The position numbers and the translations under genes were made by a program. From the NCBI GenBank assembly GCA_020137815.1, contig CM035360.1, positions 2,542,001 to 2,606,000 on the forward strand: DNA of 64,000 nucleotides, written 5' to 3'. This document shows, piece after piece, positions 31,686-54,399 of the stretch. Position 1 is the first letter of the stretch; every line of letters begins with the position of its first letter. The notes below the pieces were generated by a model. It ran no database searches. It saw only the letters and a list, made by a program, of their open reading frames with translations, and was not told where the DNA came from. The DNA is from Hormiphora californensis. Taxonomy: Eukaryota; Animalia; Ctenophora.

Positions 31686-32838
31686 ATGGAGGGTAAGGTT
31701 GTATTGATAACTGGGGGTAACACTGGAATTGGCCGCTCCACCGCCTTTGAACTGGCATCACAGGGAGCTGAGGTTGTCATTGCCAGCAGGACAGAGGAAT
31801 CATGCAATAAAACTGTAGATGACATCAAAGTGATGACTAAAAACGAAAAGGTAACATCTCATCACTTCTTTTTGATTTTAGAATCTTTCTTAAATTTGGA
31901 TACCATATCTTCAGTACCTCTCATTATAACCTGTTTCCTAAGGTGAGCTACTTTTTGTTGGATCTGGCATCCTTCAAGAGCATTTCTGACTTTGTGGGTG
32001 CCTTCTCCGCCAAGTACAAGAAACTGGATGTGCTGATCAACAACGCTGGAGTGGTGAACCCACCCTTTGATGAGACAGTACAGGGTGTTGAGGCTACTGT
32101 CGGTATCAACTATCTGGGACACTTCTACCTTGTTAAACAACTCGGTTAGTGGACCACGGAAAACTATTTAAGATACGAATACTAGAAGATTCGAATAAGT
32201 TCGAATACTTAATAATCCCACGAAATATCTTTTCACCTCCCTAGTTAAATCATCCTAGCGTCCTAGGGCTGGATCCCCCAAACTGTTTCCTGAGCTCAGC
32301 TACTTTTTCGTTCTAGCCTCCCCTAATAATGTTCGCAGGTGAGATGTTGATCAAGTCCAAGACGAAGGTGGTGGTTGTAGCATCAGAAGCCCACAAAATG
32401 GGAGATCTGACACCTGAACTACTCGATGGAGATGACATGCCAGACTTCTTCAACGTACCTAAAGACAAGAATCTGAGGACAGTATGGAAGCAGGACTGCT
32501 ACAGTAACCGGGCTAGGATTTACTTTGCCCGAGAGTTGTGTGTCCGGTATCCGGAGGTAACTGCAGTGTCTGTTAACCCCGGTTCTGTCAGGACGGAAAT
32601 TGGAAGGAACATGCCACCATGTATGAAGTGTGTAGCTGCCCCCTTTGCCCTTGTTATGTTAAAGTCTCCCAAGGAGGGGGCTATGCCGATTGTGGGGTGT
32701 GTGAATGAGGAGGTGTTAGACAAGGGAGGGTACTTCAGTGAGGGAAAAATGGTGGAGCTGAGTGGGGATCAAATTGACCCACAAATTCAGAGGGATTTAT
32801 GGGATAGAACTGAAAGTTTCATAAAGAAACATGAATAG
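31686..32838 (+). CDS. Short-chain dehydrogenase/reductase, RDH11/12/WWOX-like, copy 1
   Basis: Exons 31686-31850 ([11 protein letters not shown], Rossmann TGxxxGxG), 31943-~32144 (LDLAS...LDVLINNAG...INYLGHFYL), 32339-32838 ([12 protein letters not shown]...LWDRTE). Confidence 0.9.
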
Positions 32839-32995
32839 AATGATCTAGGACCTTTTTAATAATCTTTTTAAACCCTTTCATAACCCTGACACCATGTAAT
32901 GATTATTCTTTTTAACATTCTTTTTACAGTACTAATACGTTTATTAATAAACTACCAACTGTATCCTGCTAACCCTCCATTCCTACTGAATAGCA

Positions 32996-35508
32996 ATGGA
33001 AGGTAAGGTTGTATTGATAACTGGGGGTAACACTGGAATTGGCCGCTCCACCGCCTTTGAACTGGCATCACAGGGAGCTGAGGTTGTCATTGCCAGCAGG
33101 ACAGAGGAATCATGCAATAAAACTGTAGATGACATCAAAGTGATGACTAAAAACGAAAAGGTAACGCATCTTATCAAATCTTTTCAATTTCTTAATCTGG
33201 ATACCATATATCTTCAGTACCTCTCATTACAACCTGTTTCCTAAGGTGAGCTACTTTTTGTTGGATCTGGCATCCTTCAAGAGCATTTCTGACTTTGTGG
33301 GTGCCTTCTCCGCCAAGTACAAGAAGCTGGATGTGCTGATAAACAACGCTGGAGTGGTGAACCCTCCCTTTGATGAGACTGTACAGGGTGTTGAGGCTAC
33401 TGTCGGTATCAACTATCTGGGACACTTTTACCTTGTTAAACAACTCGGTTAGTGCAGACCACGGAAAATCATACCATCTCCCTTATGAATTTGGTGATGA
33501 GATCTTCGTTGCGGGCTTCGTTGCCGCGCTTAGCGCGGCCTGTGTAGGGGTGGCCGCGTCACCAACTTATGAATATACTTAGAATAGAGTCCCTGGTTAG
33601 TACTTTTTAGAGTAGGTACTAAATCATCCTAGCCTGCCTCTTATAATGTTCGCAGGTGAGATGTTGATCAAGTCCAAGACGAAGGTAGTGGTTGTAGCAT
33701 CAGAAGCCCACAAAATGGAAGATCTGACACCTGAACTACTCGATGGAGATGACATGCCTGTCTTCTTCAACGTACCCAAAGACAAGAATCTGAGGACAGT
33801 ATGGAAGCAGGACTGCTACAGTAACCGGGCTAGGATTTACTTTGCCCGGGAGTTGTGTGTCCGGTATCCGGAGGTAACTGCAGTGTCTGTTAACCCCGGT
33901 TCTGTCAGGACGGAAATTGGTAGGAACATGCCATCATGTATGAAGTGTGTAGCTGCCCCTTTTGCCTTCGTTATGCTAAAGTCTCCCAGTAGGCCAGTCA
34001 TATGACGTTGTGAAATGGAACTAATTGATCTAAAAGCGATTCCACTTCCAGGGCACTCCAATGGGTCTCTACAACCACCAAAAAAATTTACCGCGGGTAC
34101 CGCGATGGAGAAATCGGTCATTTCCGGGTTTATTTTGCACCTGCATAAATATAGCCTAGGACGAATGCGATATACGGTAAAAACCGTCTTTGGAAACAAG
34201 TAGAAAAGAAATCAAGGGCACTAAAGTGTGTAGCGTCCTCGCATTAGTGGGGGTAGGTGCTGGAATTAAGTCTCTATCTTATCAGGTTAATTAGATAATT
34301 GGATAATTAGATGTGCACATAGCCGTTTTATGGTTATACGGTAAAAACCATCTTTGGAATGGAGTAGAGAAAAAACCGAGGGTACTAGAGTGATCAGCGT
34401 CCTCGAATTAGTGGGGGTAGGTACCAAAATTAAGTTCCTATCTCATCGCGTTAATTAGTTAATTGGATAATTAGGTATGCGCATAACCGTTTTTAGGTTA
34501 CATGGCTATAGCCACTTAGGAATGGTTTAGAGACTTTTCATTGGTGCCATTTTGTAGGCAATAGCCAAGTTATGGGGGGTCGACGTCGGACTTTTAAGCT
34601 CTATATTCAACCATTTAGCCGTTATATGGCTTTAAAGGTGCTCAAAATCGGTCTTTTTACCGCTTTGTTGCTCACTTTGAGCACCTTTAAAGCCAAATAA
34701 CGGCTAAACGGTTGAATATAGAGCTTAAAAGTCCGACGTCGACCCCCAATAACTTGGCTATTGCCTACAAAATGGCACCAATGAAAAGTCTCTAAACCAT
34801 TCCTAAGTGGCTATAGCCATGTAACCTAAAAACGGTTATGCACATACCTAATTATCCAATTATCTAATTAACGCGATGAGATAGGAACTTAATTTTGGTA
34901 CCTACCCCCACTAATTCGAGGACGCTGATCACTCTAGTACCCTCGGTTTTTTCTCTACTCCATTCCAAAGATGGTTTTTACCGTATAACCATAAAACGGC
35001 TATGTGCGCATCTAATTATCCAATTATCTAATTAACCTGATAAGATAGAGACTTAATTCCAGCACCTACCCCCACTAATGCGAGGACGCTACACACTTTA
35101 GTGCCCTTGATTTCTTTTCTACTTGTTTCCAAAGACGGTTTTTACCGTACATCGCATTCGTCCTAGCCTATATTTATGCAGGTGCAAAATAAACCCGAAA
35201 ATGACCGATTTCTCCATCGCGGTACCCGCGGTAAATTTTTTTGGTGGTTGTAGAGACCCATTGGAGGGCCCTGGAAGTGGAATCGCTTTTAGATCAATTA
35301 CTTCCTTTTTCAGCGATATATCGACGTCATATGACTGGCCTACAGGGAGGGGGCTATACCGATTGTGGGGTGTGTGAATGAGGTGTTAGACAGGGGAGGG
35401 TACTTCAGTGAGGGGAAGATGGTGGAGCTGAGTAAGGATCAAATTGACCCACAAATTCAGAGAGATTTGTGGGATAGAACTGAAAGTTTCATAAAGAAAC
35501 ATGAATAG
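32996..35508 (+). pseudogene. SDR copy 2, last exon split by a transposon
   Basis: Near-identical to copy 1 (exons 32996-33160, 33246-~33446, 33656-33989). The coding sequence resumes at 35343 ([13 protein letters not shown]...FIKKHE*). The insertion introduces a stop at ~34005. Confidence 0.85.
33990..35342. mobile_element. Academ-like non-autonomous foldback transposon
   Basis: Almost fully palindromic 1.35-kb element (centre ~34650-34675), with termini TAGGCCAGTCATATGACG / CGTCATATGACTGGCCTA and a 3-bp TSD CAG. TAG..CTA ends with a 3-bp TSD are Academ hallmarks. Confidence 0.85.
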
Positions 35509-35673
35509 AATGATCTAGGACCTTTTTAATAATCTTTTTAAACCCTTTCATAACCCTGACACCATGTAATTATCATTCTTTTTTTACATTCTTTTTACAG
35601 TACTAATAAGTTTTTTACTAAACTACCAACTGCATCCTGCTAAGTGCTAACCCTCCATTTCTACTGAATAGCA

Positions 35674-36763
35674 ATGGAGGGTAAGGTTGTATTGATAACT
35701 GGGGGTAACACTGGAATTGGCCGCTCCACCGCCTTTGAACTGGCATCACAGGGAGCTGAGGTTGTCATTGCCAGCAGGACAGAGGAATCATGCAATAAAA
35801 CTGTAGATGACATCAAAGTGATGACTAAAAACGAAAAGGTATCATCTTTTTGATTTTAGGATCTTTTATCTTTATTAGTTTGGATACATGCATATATCTT
35901 CAGTACCTCTCATTACAATCTGTTCCCTAAGGTGAGCTACTTTTTGTTGGATCTGGCATCCTTCAAGAGCATTTCTGACTTTGTGGGTGCCTTCTCCGCC
36001 AAGTACAAGAAGCTGGATGTGCTGATAAACAACGCTGGAGTGGTGAACCCTCCCTTTGATGAGACAGTACAGGGTGTTGAGGCTACTGTCGGTATCAACT
36101 ATCTGGGACACTTTTACCTCGTTAAACAACTCGGTTAGTGGACCACGGAAAGTTTAGACTTCGACTTAAGAGTTATATTAGGACACTTTTGCTCGAATGC
36201 TTACACTCCGGTAACAAAGTTTCGGTCCACTCTCACTATAATATTCCCCTATGCTCGCAGGTGAGATGTTGATCAAGTCCAAGACGAAGGTAGTGGTTGT
36301 AGCATCAGAAGCCCACAAAATGGGAGATCTGACGCCCGAACTACTCGATGGAGATGACATGCCAGACTTCTTCAACGTACCCAAATCGAAGAACATGCAC
36401 ATACAGTGGAAACAATACGGATACAGTAACAGGGCCAGGATCTACTTCGCTAAGGAGTTGAGTGAACGCCATCCCGAGATAACGGCTGTTTCCCTTCACC
36501 CGGGTGTCGTTAAAACAGAACTAGGACGGAACATGCCATTTTGTATGAAATGCATCTCCATGCCCTTCTCATGCCTCCTGAAGTCTCCTGAACAGGGCGC
36601 CGCTACCAGCATCCACTGTGCCACGGAAGACATGTCCAAGAACCGGGGAGACTACTTCATTGACAGTAAGGTGTCTGAGCTGAAGGATGATTGGATTAAA
36701 CCTGAGGTTCAGAAGAAGCTGTGGGATGTCACAGAGAAGTTCTGTAATGAGGCAAAGTTGTAA
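35674..36763 (+). CDS. Short-chain dehydrogenase/reductase copy 3, divergent C-terminal half
   Basis: Exons 35674-35838, 35932-~36133, 36261-36763. Identical to copy 1 up to FFNVPK, then diverges (WKQYGYSN...[12 protein letters not shown]...[13 protein letters not shown]). Confidence 0.9.
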
Positions 36764-37056
36764 ATTCGTGTAAATATTCAATGCAAGATCTAACTGTGTA
36801 AATGATTGTTGTCTAATGTCCACTATCATAAAACGTGTATGGTCGTCCTGTTCAAGGAATAATCAATAACCTCTCGAAGAAGTAAACAAGCGGCACCAAA
36901 CGATCTTTTCAAATAAATGTTCATCCTCGGACGACGCATCATGCGGTGGACATTGCCAGTCGTTGTTCTTTTAGCTAATGCAACAAACTCTCCTTGTTGC
37001 AGGTTGCTATATCCGTTTTAGAAGGCCTTGCCGCACAAAGTCGGATTTTCTAAACT

Positions 37057-38340
37057 GGGCAGGTCGGTAGAACTTCGACAGAATTTAGGGCAGGTCAATT
37101 TAGGGCAGGTCTGAATTTAGGGCAGGTCTGAATTTAGGGCAGGTCTGAATTTAGGGCAGGTCTGAGTACTAAGCATGTGAATGCGATTCGGGGAAGCTTA
37201 TTAGCGGTGTGAGACGATACGAGATATGGAACATGATTCGAGGAAGCCAATCAGGAGTGTTAGACGATATGAGACACGATTCGGTGAAGGTTTCTATCGC
37301 TTTCCATCCCTAGACCCTATACCCCTCTCTGGAACATGATTCGGGGAAGCCAATCAGGAGTGTTAGACGATGGATATGAGATACGATTCGGGGAAGGTTT
37401 CTATCGCTTTACATCCCTATAAGCCATTGGTTAGATAGCAACATGGGACAGCCCTACCTTTGTAGACTGTACCCATGGTGTACAGGTGGTATTATTATTA
37501 TTATTACAGTCGGACCCCGATTTACCGGGCCCCGATTTACCGGAACCACGATTTACCGGGAGGATAAACTTCCTCCGATATAGGAAATTAATGATATTTG
37601 ACCCCGATATACCGGGCACCCCGATTTACCGGGCAAAACCCTTTCCCCCGAGAATCCCGGTAAATCGGGGTCCGACTGTATCCCCTCTCTGTTCGCTATG
37701 TCTCTCTTTCTTTCTCTTTCCTTTTCTATGACGGGAGAAAGAGAGACATGGAGAAAGATAGATACCCTTAACTTTTTACCGAGAGTCGAGATAGAAAGAC
37801 TGTTGAGCTCCTCCGTGGAAATTGGTTTCGCCGCTTTCCCATCAGGTAGATGTAGGCAGCTCTCGCTCGGTGGCTAAACATTGTCTTTTCTCTCTCGGTA
37901 AAAAGAGCCGCCTACATCTACAATTCCTACGTGCTTTCCTAGCAGTCAAAAAGTTAAGGGTATCTCTCTTTCTCCATCAGAGAAAGTAAGAGAAATTGAA
38001 AGAGAGACAGAGCGAACAGAGAGGGGGATAGGGTCTAGGGATGGAAAGTGATAGAAACCTTCACCGAATCGTGTCTCATATCGTCCAACACTCCTGATTG
38101 GCTTCCCCGAATCATGTTCCATTATATTTCGTATCGTCTCACACCGCTTATAAGCTTCCCCGAATTACATTCACATGCTTAGTACTCAGACCTGCCCTAA
38201 ATTCAGACCTGCCCTAAATTGACCTGCCCTAAATTGACCTGCCCTAAATTCAGACCTGCCCTAAATTGACCTGCCCTAAATTCAGACCTGCCCTAAATTG
38301 ACCTGCCCTAAATTCTGTCGAAGTTCTACCGACCTGCCCT
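37057..38340. mobile_element. Foldback element with subterminal 17-19-bp tandem repeats (AATTTAGGGCAGGTC)
   Basis: Left arm 37057-~37330 is the reverse complement of ~38020-38340. An inner inverted pair lies at ~37681-37780 / ~37945-38030. Confidence 0.8.
37507..37678. mobile_element. TA-flanked Tc1/mariner-type MITE family C (shorter copies ~4135-4173, ~10366-10438, ~13249-13303)
   Basis: TA|CAGTCGGACCCCGATTTACCGG ... GGTAAATCGGGGTCCGACTG|TA. Confidence 0.8.
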
Positions 38341-39570
38341 AAACTGTCCGTACACACTTAAGCATGATTTATGTTTGAGTTAGCTCCGATTCCTGGTAAG
38401 ATAGACGCTTCAAATTTGGAGGTTAGAAAGAACTCGCGAAGTTCTTCCTCACCTCCAAATTTGAAGTCTATCTTATCAGGGCGGAACTATGACGTAGAAA
38501 AGAGCGGACAGTTTAAAAATCCGACTTTCGCGACGTGTTTTTCTAAAATTCTAGTTCTCGATCTCGAAGAATTAAAACACGACGCGCGCCGCAGCTCGTA
38601 CTAGAGCCGCGCGGGACAATAAATGGATTTGCGCGTGCCAAAATTGGCCCCAGATTCGACCGTCTTTTTTTACGGATTCTACGAACACAACAAAGTAAAA
38701 CTCAATTCTTTTTTTTCGTGTACAAAAGATAAATCATGTACATATATAACGGGAACAGGAGCCCTTCTTTCTTAAGAGGACACACGCACACGATACGCTC
38801 GAAACGAAACCAAGAGAGACTAATGGCTGAATCGAGAGTCGGGGCGGAGCAAGGTGGTCACCCCCTTTCGAAACAGCAGCTGCACACGCGATGATGTTCA
38901 ACGGTTATAGCAAAAGTCTAGCGGTGAACCGTTATATATACAAAGCAGCTAGTGTTGTTGTGAAATGGTTACTTCTACGTAATAAGGGTATTGGGAGAAA
39001 ACCGTCCAAAACTGAGTTATAACTTCAAAATAATGCACTAGTTATGTTAATTAATTGGAGACCTAAATTCGAATTGCACTCTCACATACTCACACACGCA
39101 CAAACACACTCATTTACTTTCACACACACGCACACACTGCGGTTTTGGCGCCTAGAGCAGATACCATGTGGACGACGGTAGTGCGCTTTGTAAGTGTTGG
39201 ATCAAAGCGACGCGCAGAGAGAGCAACTAGTACTAGCAGGGAAACCGTTACCAAGACGAAACTGAAAACAATTAGAGGGTAAAGGTAAAGTGTTCATTAC
39301 TAGACCGATCTAGGCGACATCTCGAAGATAAAACACTTCTCTCTTAAATAGTAAAACATCTGATGTCCTCATCCAACCAAGAGGCTTCTCTCTGTGCACA
39401 GATCTGGGGACGGGGAGTGGGAGTTAGAGCGGGAGTGTGGAATGGCATATTACGAAACTGATAACAAAATGAAAATATTTTGGTGTCGGATGACACAGTT
39501 CACTGTCCCTACAACGCTGCGTCATCAATTCACTTACATGATAGACCCTTGTAACGTAGACCGTAATAAA

Positions 39571-50524
<10,954 letters not shown>

Positions 50525-51219
50525 GGTCAAAAGGAGCTATAGAATGGAATATCTGTTAGAAACGGGAGAAATTGCAACGAAGACTGAAATTAACGACAAA
50601 CACGCTAAACAGACATAGTTTGACAACACTCAGGGTAATTGTCGTTAGAGTGCAACGATTCCAATGATTGCATGATTACAGTTTACATGGCAGCGGGAAG
50701 CAAAGCCTCAGTAAGGACGATGTCATTAAAAGACGTCCGCAATGCGACACGCTAAGCGCTCATTTGCAGCTACCAATCAGAGCACAGCATTGCTCCTTTA
50801 TCAAACTTTCGTTTCTATGCAGCTTCGATCCGTAATTTGTGTCTCAGAGCATAGCGCGCGCTTTGCTACGCGCAAAACACTGCGCGTAAAAAAAGCAAAC
50901 GCCGCGCATTTTTAAATTCCAAAAATTTGGACTTTTATTTTTAAATCTCAGAAATCGCTCAAAAACCACAAAAATTCGCAATTTTTTAGGTCTTTCCAGC
51001 CGTTTTTGCAATTGGGCGAACGAAAAACAGTTCCAATCATGATGAAACTTTAGAAAAAGACCTAGAAAAGTATCAAAAAGTTTTAGAACAGGAAAATGCC
51101 TTCGATAAGATGCTAAAACACACTTCCCGGGGTAGTAGGCACAGGGTACTAGTAATTAGAGCTCCGGAAACTCCAAACACATTGATTATTGAATGAGGGT
51201 GTATGACAGTACAAGTATG

Positions 51220-51312
51220 AAGTTTCATCAGCTGATCTTGCCAATTTTTTTCCTGGTCAGTGGTCTACCGTAGACTAGAAAAAAAATTTGGCAAGATCAG
51301 CTGATGAAACTT
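51220..51312. repeat. Short hairpin/MITE between calmodulin and CutC
   Basis: AAGTTTCATCAGCTGATCTTGCCAA ... TTGGCAAGATCAGCTGATGAAACTT inverted repeat. Confidence 0.75.
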
Positions 51313-51428
51313 AGACCGTCTACGCTTGTGACCTACATTGACCGATCACCACTGTCATGTCAAATTTTGATTCGTTGGTTTGCCCCTGCTAAACAATGTT
51401 TACTGTAACAATTATCTTCCCCAGCACA

Positions 51429-52148
51429 ATGATACTAGAGGTATGTGTGGACAGTGTCAAATCTGCAGTTGAGGCTGAGAAAGGAGGTGCCCACAGATTA
51501 GAACTATGTGCCTCACTCGAACTAGGTGGTCTCACGCCTTCTATCGGTCTGCTAGTATCAGTAAAGAAATCTGTTAATCTACCCGTGTTTTGTATGATAC
51601 GGCCTCGGTCTGGGGACTTTGTCTACACCGCCTGTGAAGTTGATGTCATGGCTACCGATATGGAGTATCTGATTGCTGCTGGTGCGAATGGGTTTGTCTT
51701 TGGTTGTTTGAATGTTGACCTGACCATTGATGAACACGCCTGTAGAAGACTGATATCAATTTGTAAAGATCAACTCCCAGTTACATTTCACCGGGCATTT
51801 GATTTGGTGCCGGAAGTTGACGAATCCCTGAAGTTACTGAATACCCTTGGTGTGAGGAGGATTCTTACCACAGGAGGCGGTAACACAGTTGACAGGGTAG
51901 CTCTTGGTAATCTCAAGAAGATCACTGATGCTAATGGTGGGTCAATAACAATTTTACCGGGTGGAGGTGTTAATCGGGGGAATATGAGGTATTGGAAAGA
52001 GATGGGATTCGATGAAGTTCATGCCTCGTGTAGTGAATACATTGAGGAACAGGAGTATGGGGTTACTTTTAATAGTCCTCTACCGAGAGGAAAACGGAAA
52101 CAAACTACAACAAGGAAGGTGCAGGAACTGTTATCGGCAGTTCTATGA
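51429..52148 (+). CDS. CUTC: Copper homeostasis protein CutC homolog, intronless CDS
   Basis: MILEVCVDS..SAVEAEKGGAHRLELC..LELGGLTPS, MIRPRSGDFVY, VTFHRAFD, RRILTTGG, ILPGGG and EVHAS motifs. The likely start is 51429, just after a CCCCAG acceptor; the ORF track extends to 51396. Confidence 0.95.
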   Translation: MILEVCVDSVKSAVEAEKGGAHRLELCASLELGGLTPSIGLLVSVKKSVNLPVFCMIRPRSGDFVYTACEVDVMATDMEYLIAAGANGFVFGCLNVDLTIDEHACRRLISICKDQLPVTFHRAFDLVPEVDESLKLLNTLGVRRILTTGGGNTVDRVALGNLKKITDANGGSITILPGGGVNRGNMRYWKEMGFDEVHASCSEYIEEQEYGVTFNSPLPRGKRKQTTTRKVQELLSAVL

Positions 52149-52701
52149 AACACTCAATGGAAGTTTGTCTTTCTCTTACCCACAGAGCAGTTTGACAAGG
52201 GATACATTTTTAGCATGGTGAGCATGGTGCATGTAATTCGTTAGTATCTCTGTTTCTCCTTCTCTCTTTGATCTTTCTCTCACTCTCACTCGTCCTCTAT
52301 TTCTCTCCATATCTTTCTTGGGGATCGACAAAATTTTTGTTTTGCCTGAATAATATATTCTTTATTATAATTTGGAAAAGGGCATCGTCGAACAAAAAAA
52401 AATCGAGATGAGAAACTGCCCAACTTTATTGACCCTTTATTCGGCAATTTCATTCAGATAGATCTGTATTTCACTACAGAAATTGTATCAACAGATGACC
52501 TTTCGGTGGACTTTATATTAGCATATTTGTAACCATATTAATAACCTCCCCATGAAGCTATGTCGAGATCTGAACAGCCCCAGTGGTACCAGGGGCACGG
52601 AGAAGAAAGGCCCAGAGTGAGGGAGCTCGATGCCAGTGGCAGTGCCACCTGGTAGTGGTCGTGGAATGTGGGGAACACTGCACAGCGAGAGAGGGAACTG
52701 C

Positions 52702-52780
<79 letters not shown>

Positions 52781-52935
52781 GGAGAGATAGAGAGAGAGAG
52801 AGAGGTAGAAAAGTGGATATCCGATGTCATCTAAGCTGTGCTCACGTGTATCCCTTCACACCAACTGGTGACTCTACACCGTTGTAATAGCTGGTACGTT
52901 ACTGGTAACGCGGGACTAATGATATATACCAGAGC

Positions 52936-53349
52936 ATCTCAGAAACTATTTGGCTTTCTACTTGCCTAGCTTAGTTTTACCGGTAACGAACTAATATTTG
53001 TTGCGGCTCAAAATTCAATCCTTTCGGGACATTTGAAAGAAATTAAGTCTAGATCCGATTTTAACACATTTTGATTTTTTGACGTAACTATCCTTTTACA
53101 CCTAATACTTCTCTCGCAGCCGATTACTGAACACGAATAATATCTCAGAAACTATTTGGCTTTCTACTTGCCTAGCTTAGTTTTACCGGTAACGAACTAA
53201 TATTTGTTGCGGCTCAAAATTCAATCCTTTCGGGACATTTGAAAGAAATTAAGTCTAGATCCGATTTTAACACATTTTGATTTTTTGACGTAACTATCCT
53301 TTTACACCTAATACTTCTCTCGCAGCCGATTACTGAACACGAATAATAT
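52936..53349. repeat. Perfect ~207-bp tandem duplication
   Basis: ATCTCAGAAACTATTTGG...CACGAATAATAT occurs twice head-to-tail, ending at the ATG at 53348. Confidence 0.9.
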
Positions 53350-53455
53350 GGCTAACTTCATTACCCTTGTCGTCGGATTCCTGTCTCTAATGGTCGTGAC
53401 TCAAAGTCTCGAGTGCTACCAGTGTAGCGAGGTCTACAATCGTGTTCTGCCTGAT
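53348..53455 (+). CDS. First exon of a Ly6/uPAR (three-finger)-like secreted protein; downstream exons not found
   Basis: MANFITLVVGFLSLMVVTQS-LECYQC-SEVYNRVLPD followed by a GTAAGT donor. A signal peptide plus L-x-C-Y-x-C is the LU-domain start. Confidence 0.6.
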
Positions 53456-54399
53456 GTAAGTACCAGGAATCAAGTAAACAGCCAATCAAAACTCGTTATT
53501 TAGGTCACGTGACTGGTTATCAGCCAATCAGGGACCAGTATTTCCTTATTCGGTCGGTTCCTACTATATACCAAACTTTATTCAACTTCTTTTCATCCAT
53601 TTTTTCCCTGCCCGGGTGAATGCCGAAGGCATTCACCCGGATGCCTTTTTACTTTGTAAAAAGGCATAGCAGGGTTAGAATTCGAAAACGACATTTTGGT
53701 ATACTAACTAATCGGTAGAGGGACATTTTTTGGTCACACTTTCGTTGCGAGGGCAACGGTGTAGCAACTAGAGCCGCGCACACAGTGACGAGCTACTCCT
53801 TCATCAAACACCTCATTGACACAGTTTGATGGACGTGTGTGCGCGTGCCACTCAACAAAACATGAAATGCTCTGCCGTGCGTTTCGCGTGTTACATACAC
53901 ATTTTCATCTTGCGAGTCGAGTGTGAGATGTTAGATAAGTAGTTAAGTTGGAATGTCAAAAGCTGGTTAGCAAGTGTCATGTGATTGGGAGTTAGCTAAC
54001 TCTAAGCTATGTGAGAAGTATACTGACAGCTAGATCGTATGCATCTCACATTACATTATGACCAAGCCTTGATCCTGTTGGCAGTGACAATGTCACTGAC
54101 ATGTGAAACGGTAGGGCAGGGAAACACAGCATTATGAATACATAATGCAATAATTCTTGTTCAGGGTCGAAATATGTTGCGCTGATCCCCGCCCTGGTTT
54201 CTATATATAATCATTAGGGTCGAAATATTACAACTCTAGTAATTCATTGTATCGAATCGAAATGGACACAGAGCGATCAAGTCTGGCTTTTTATACAGCT
54301 TAGATCAGTCTCTCAGTCCCTGGAATAGTACGTATAGTGCGGTCCTACTGGTCAGTACCCTAGCCGAATCTTGTACGTCGGTCACCCTCGCTGGGGTAT

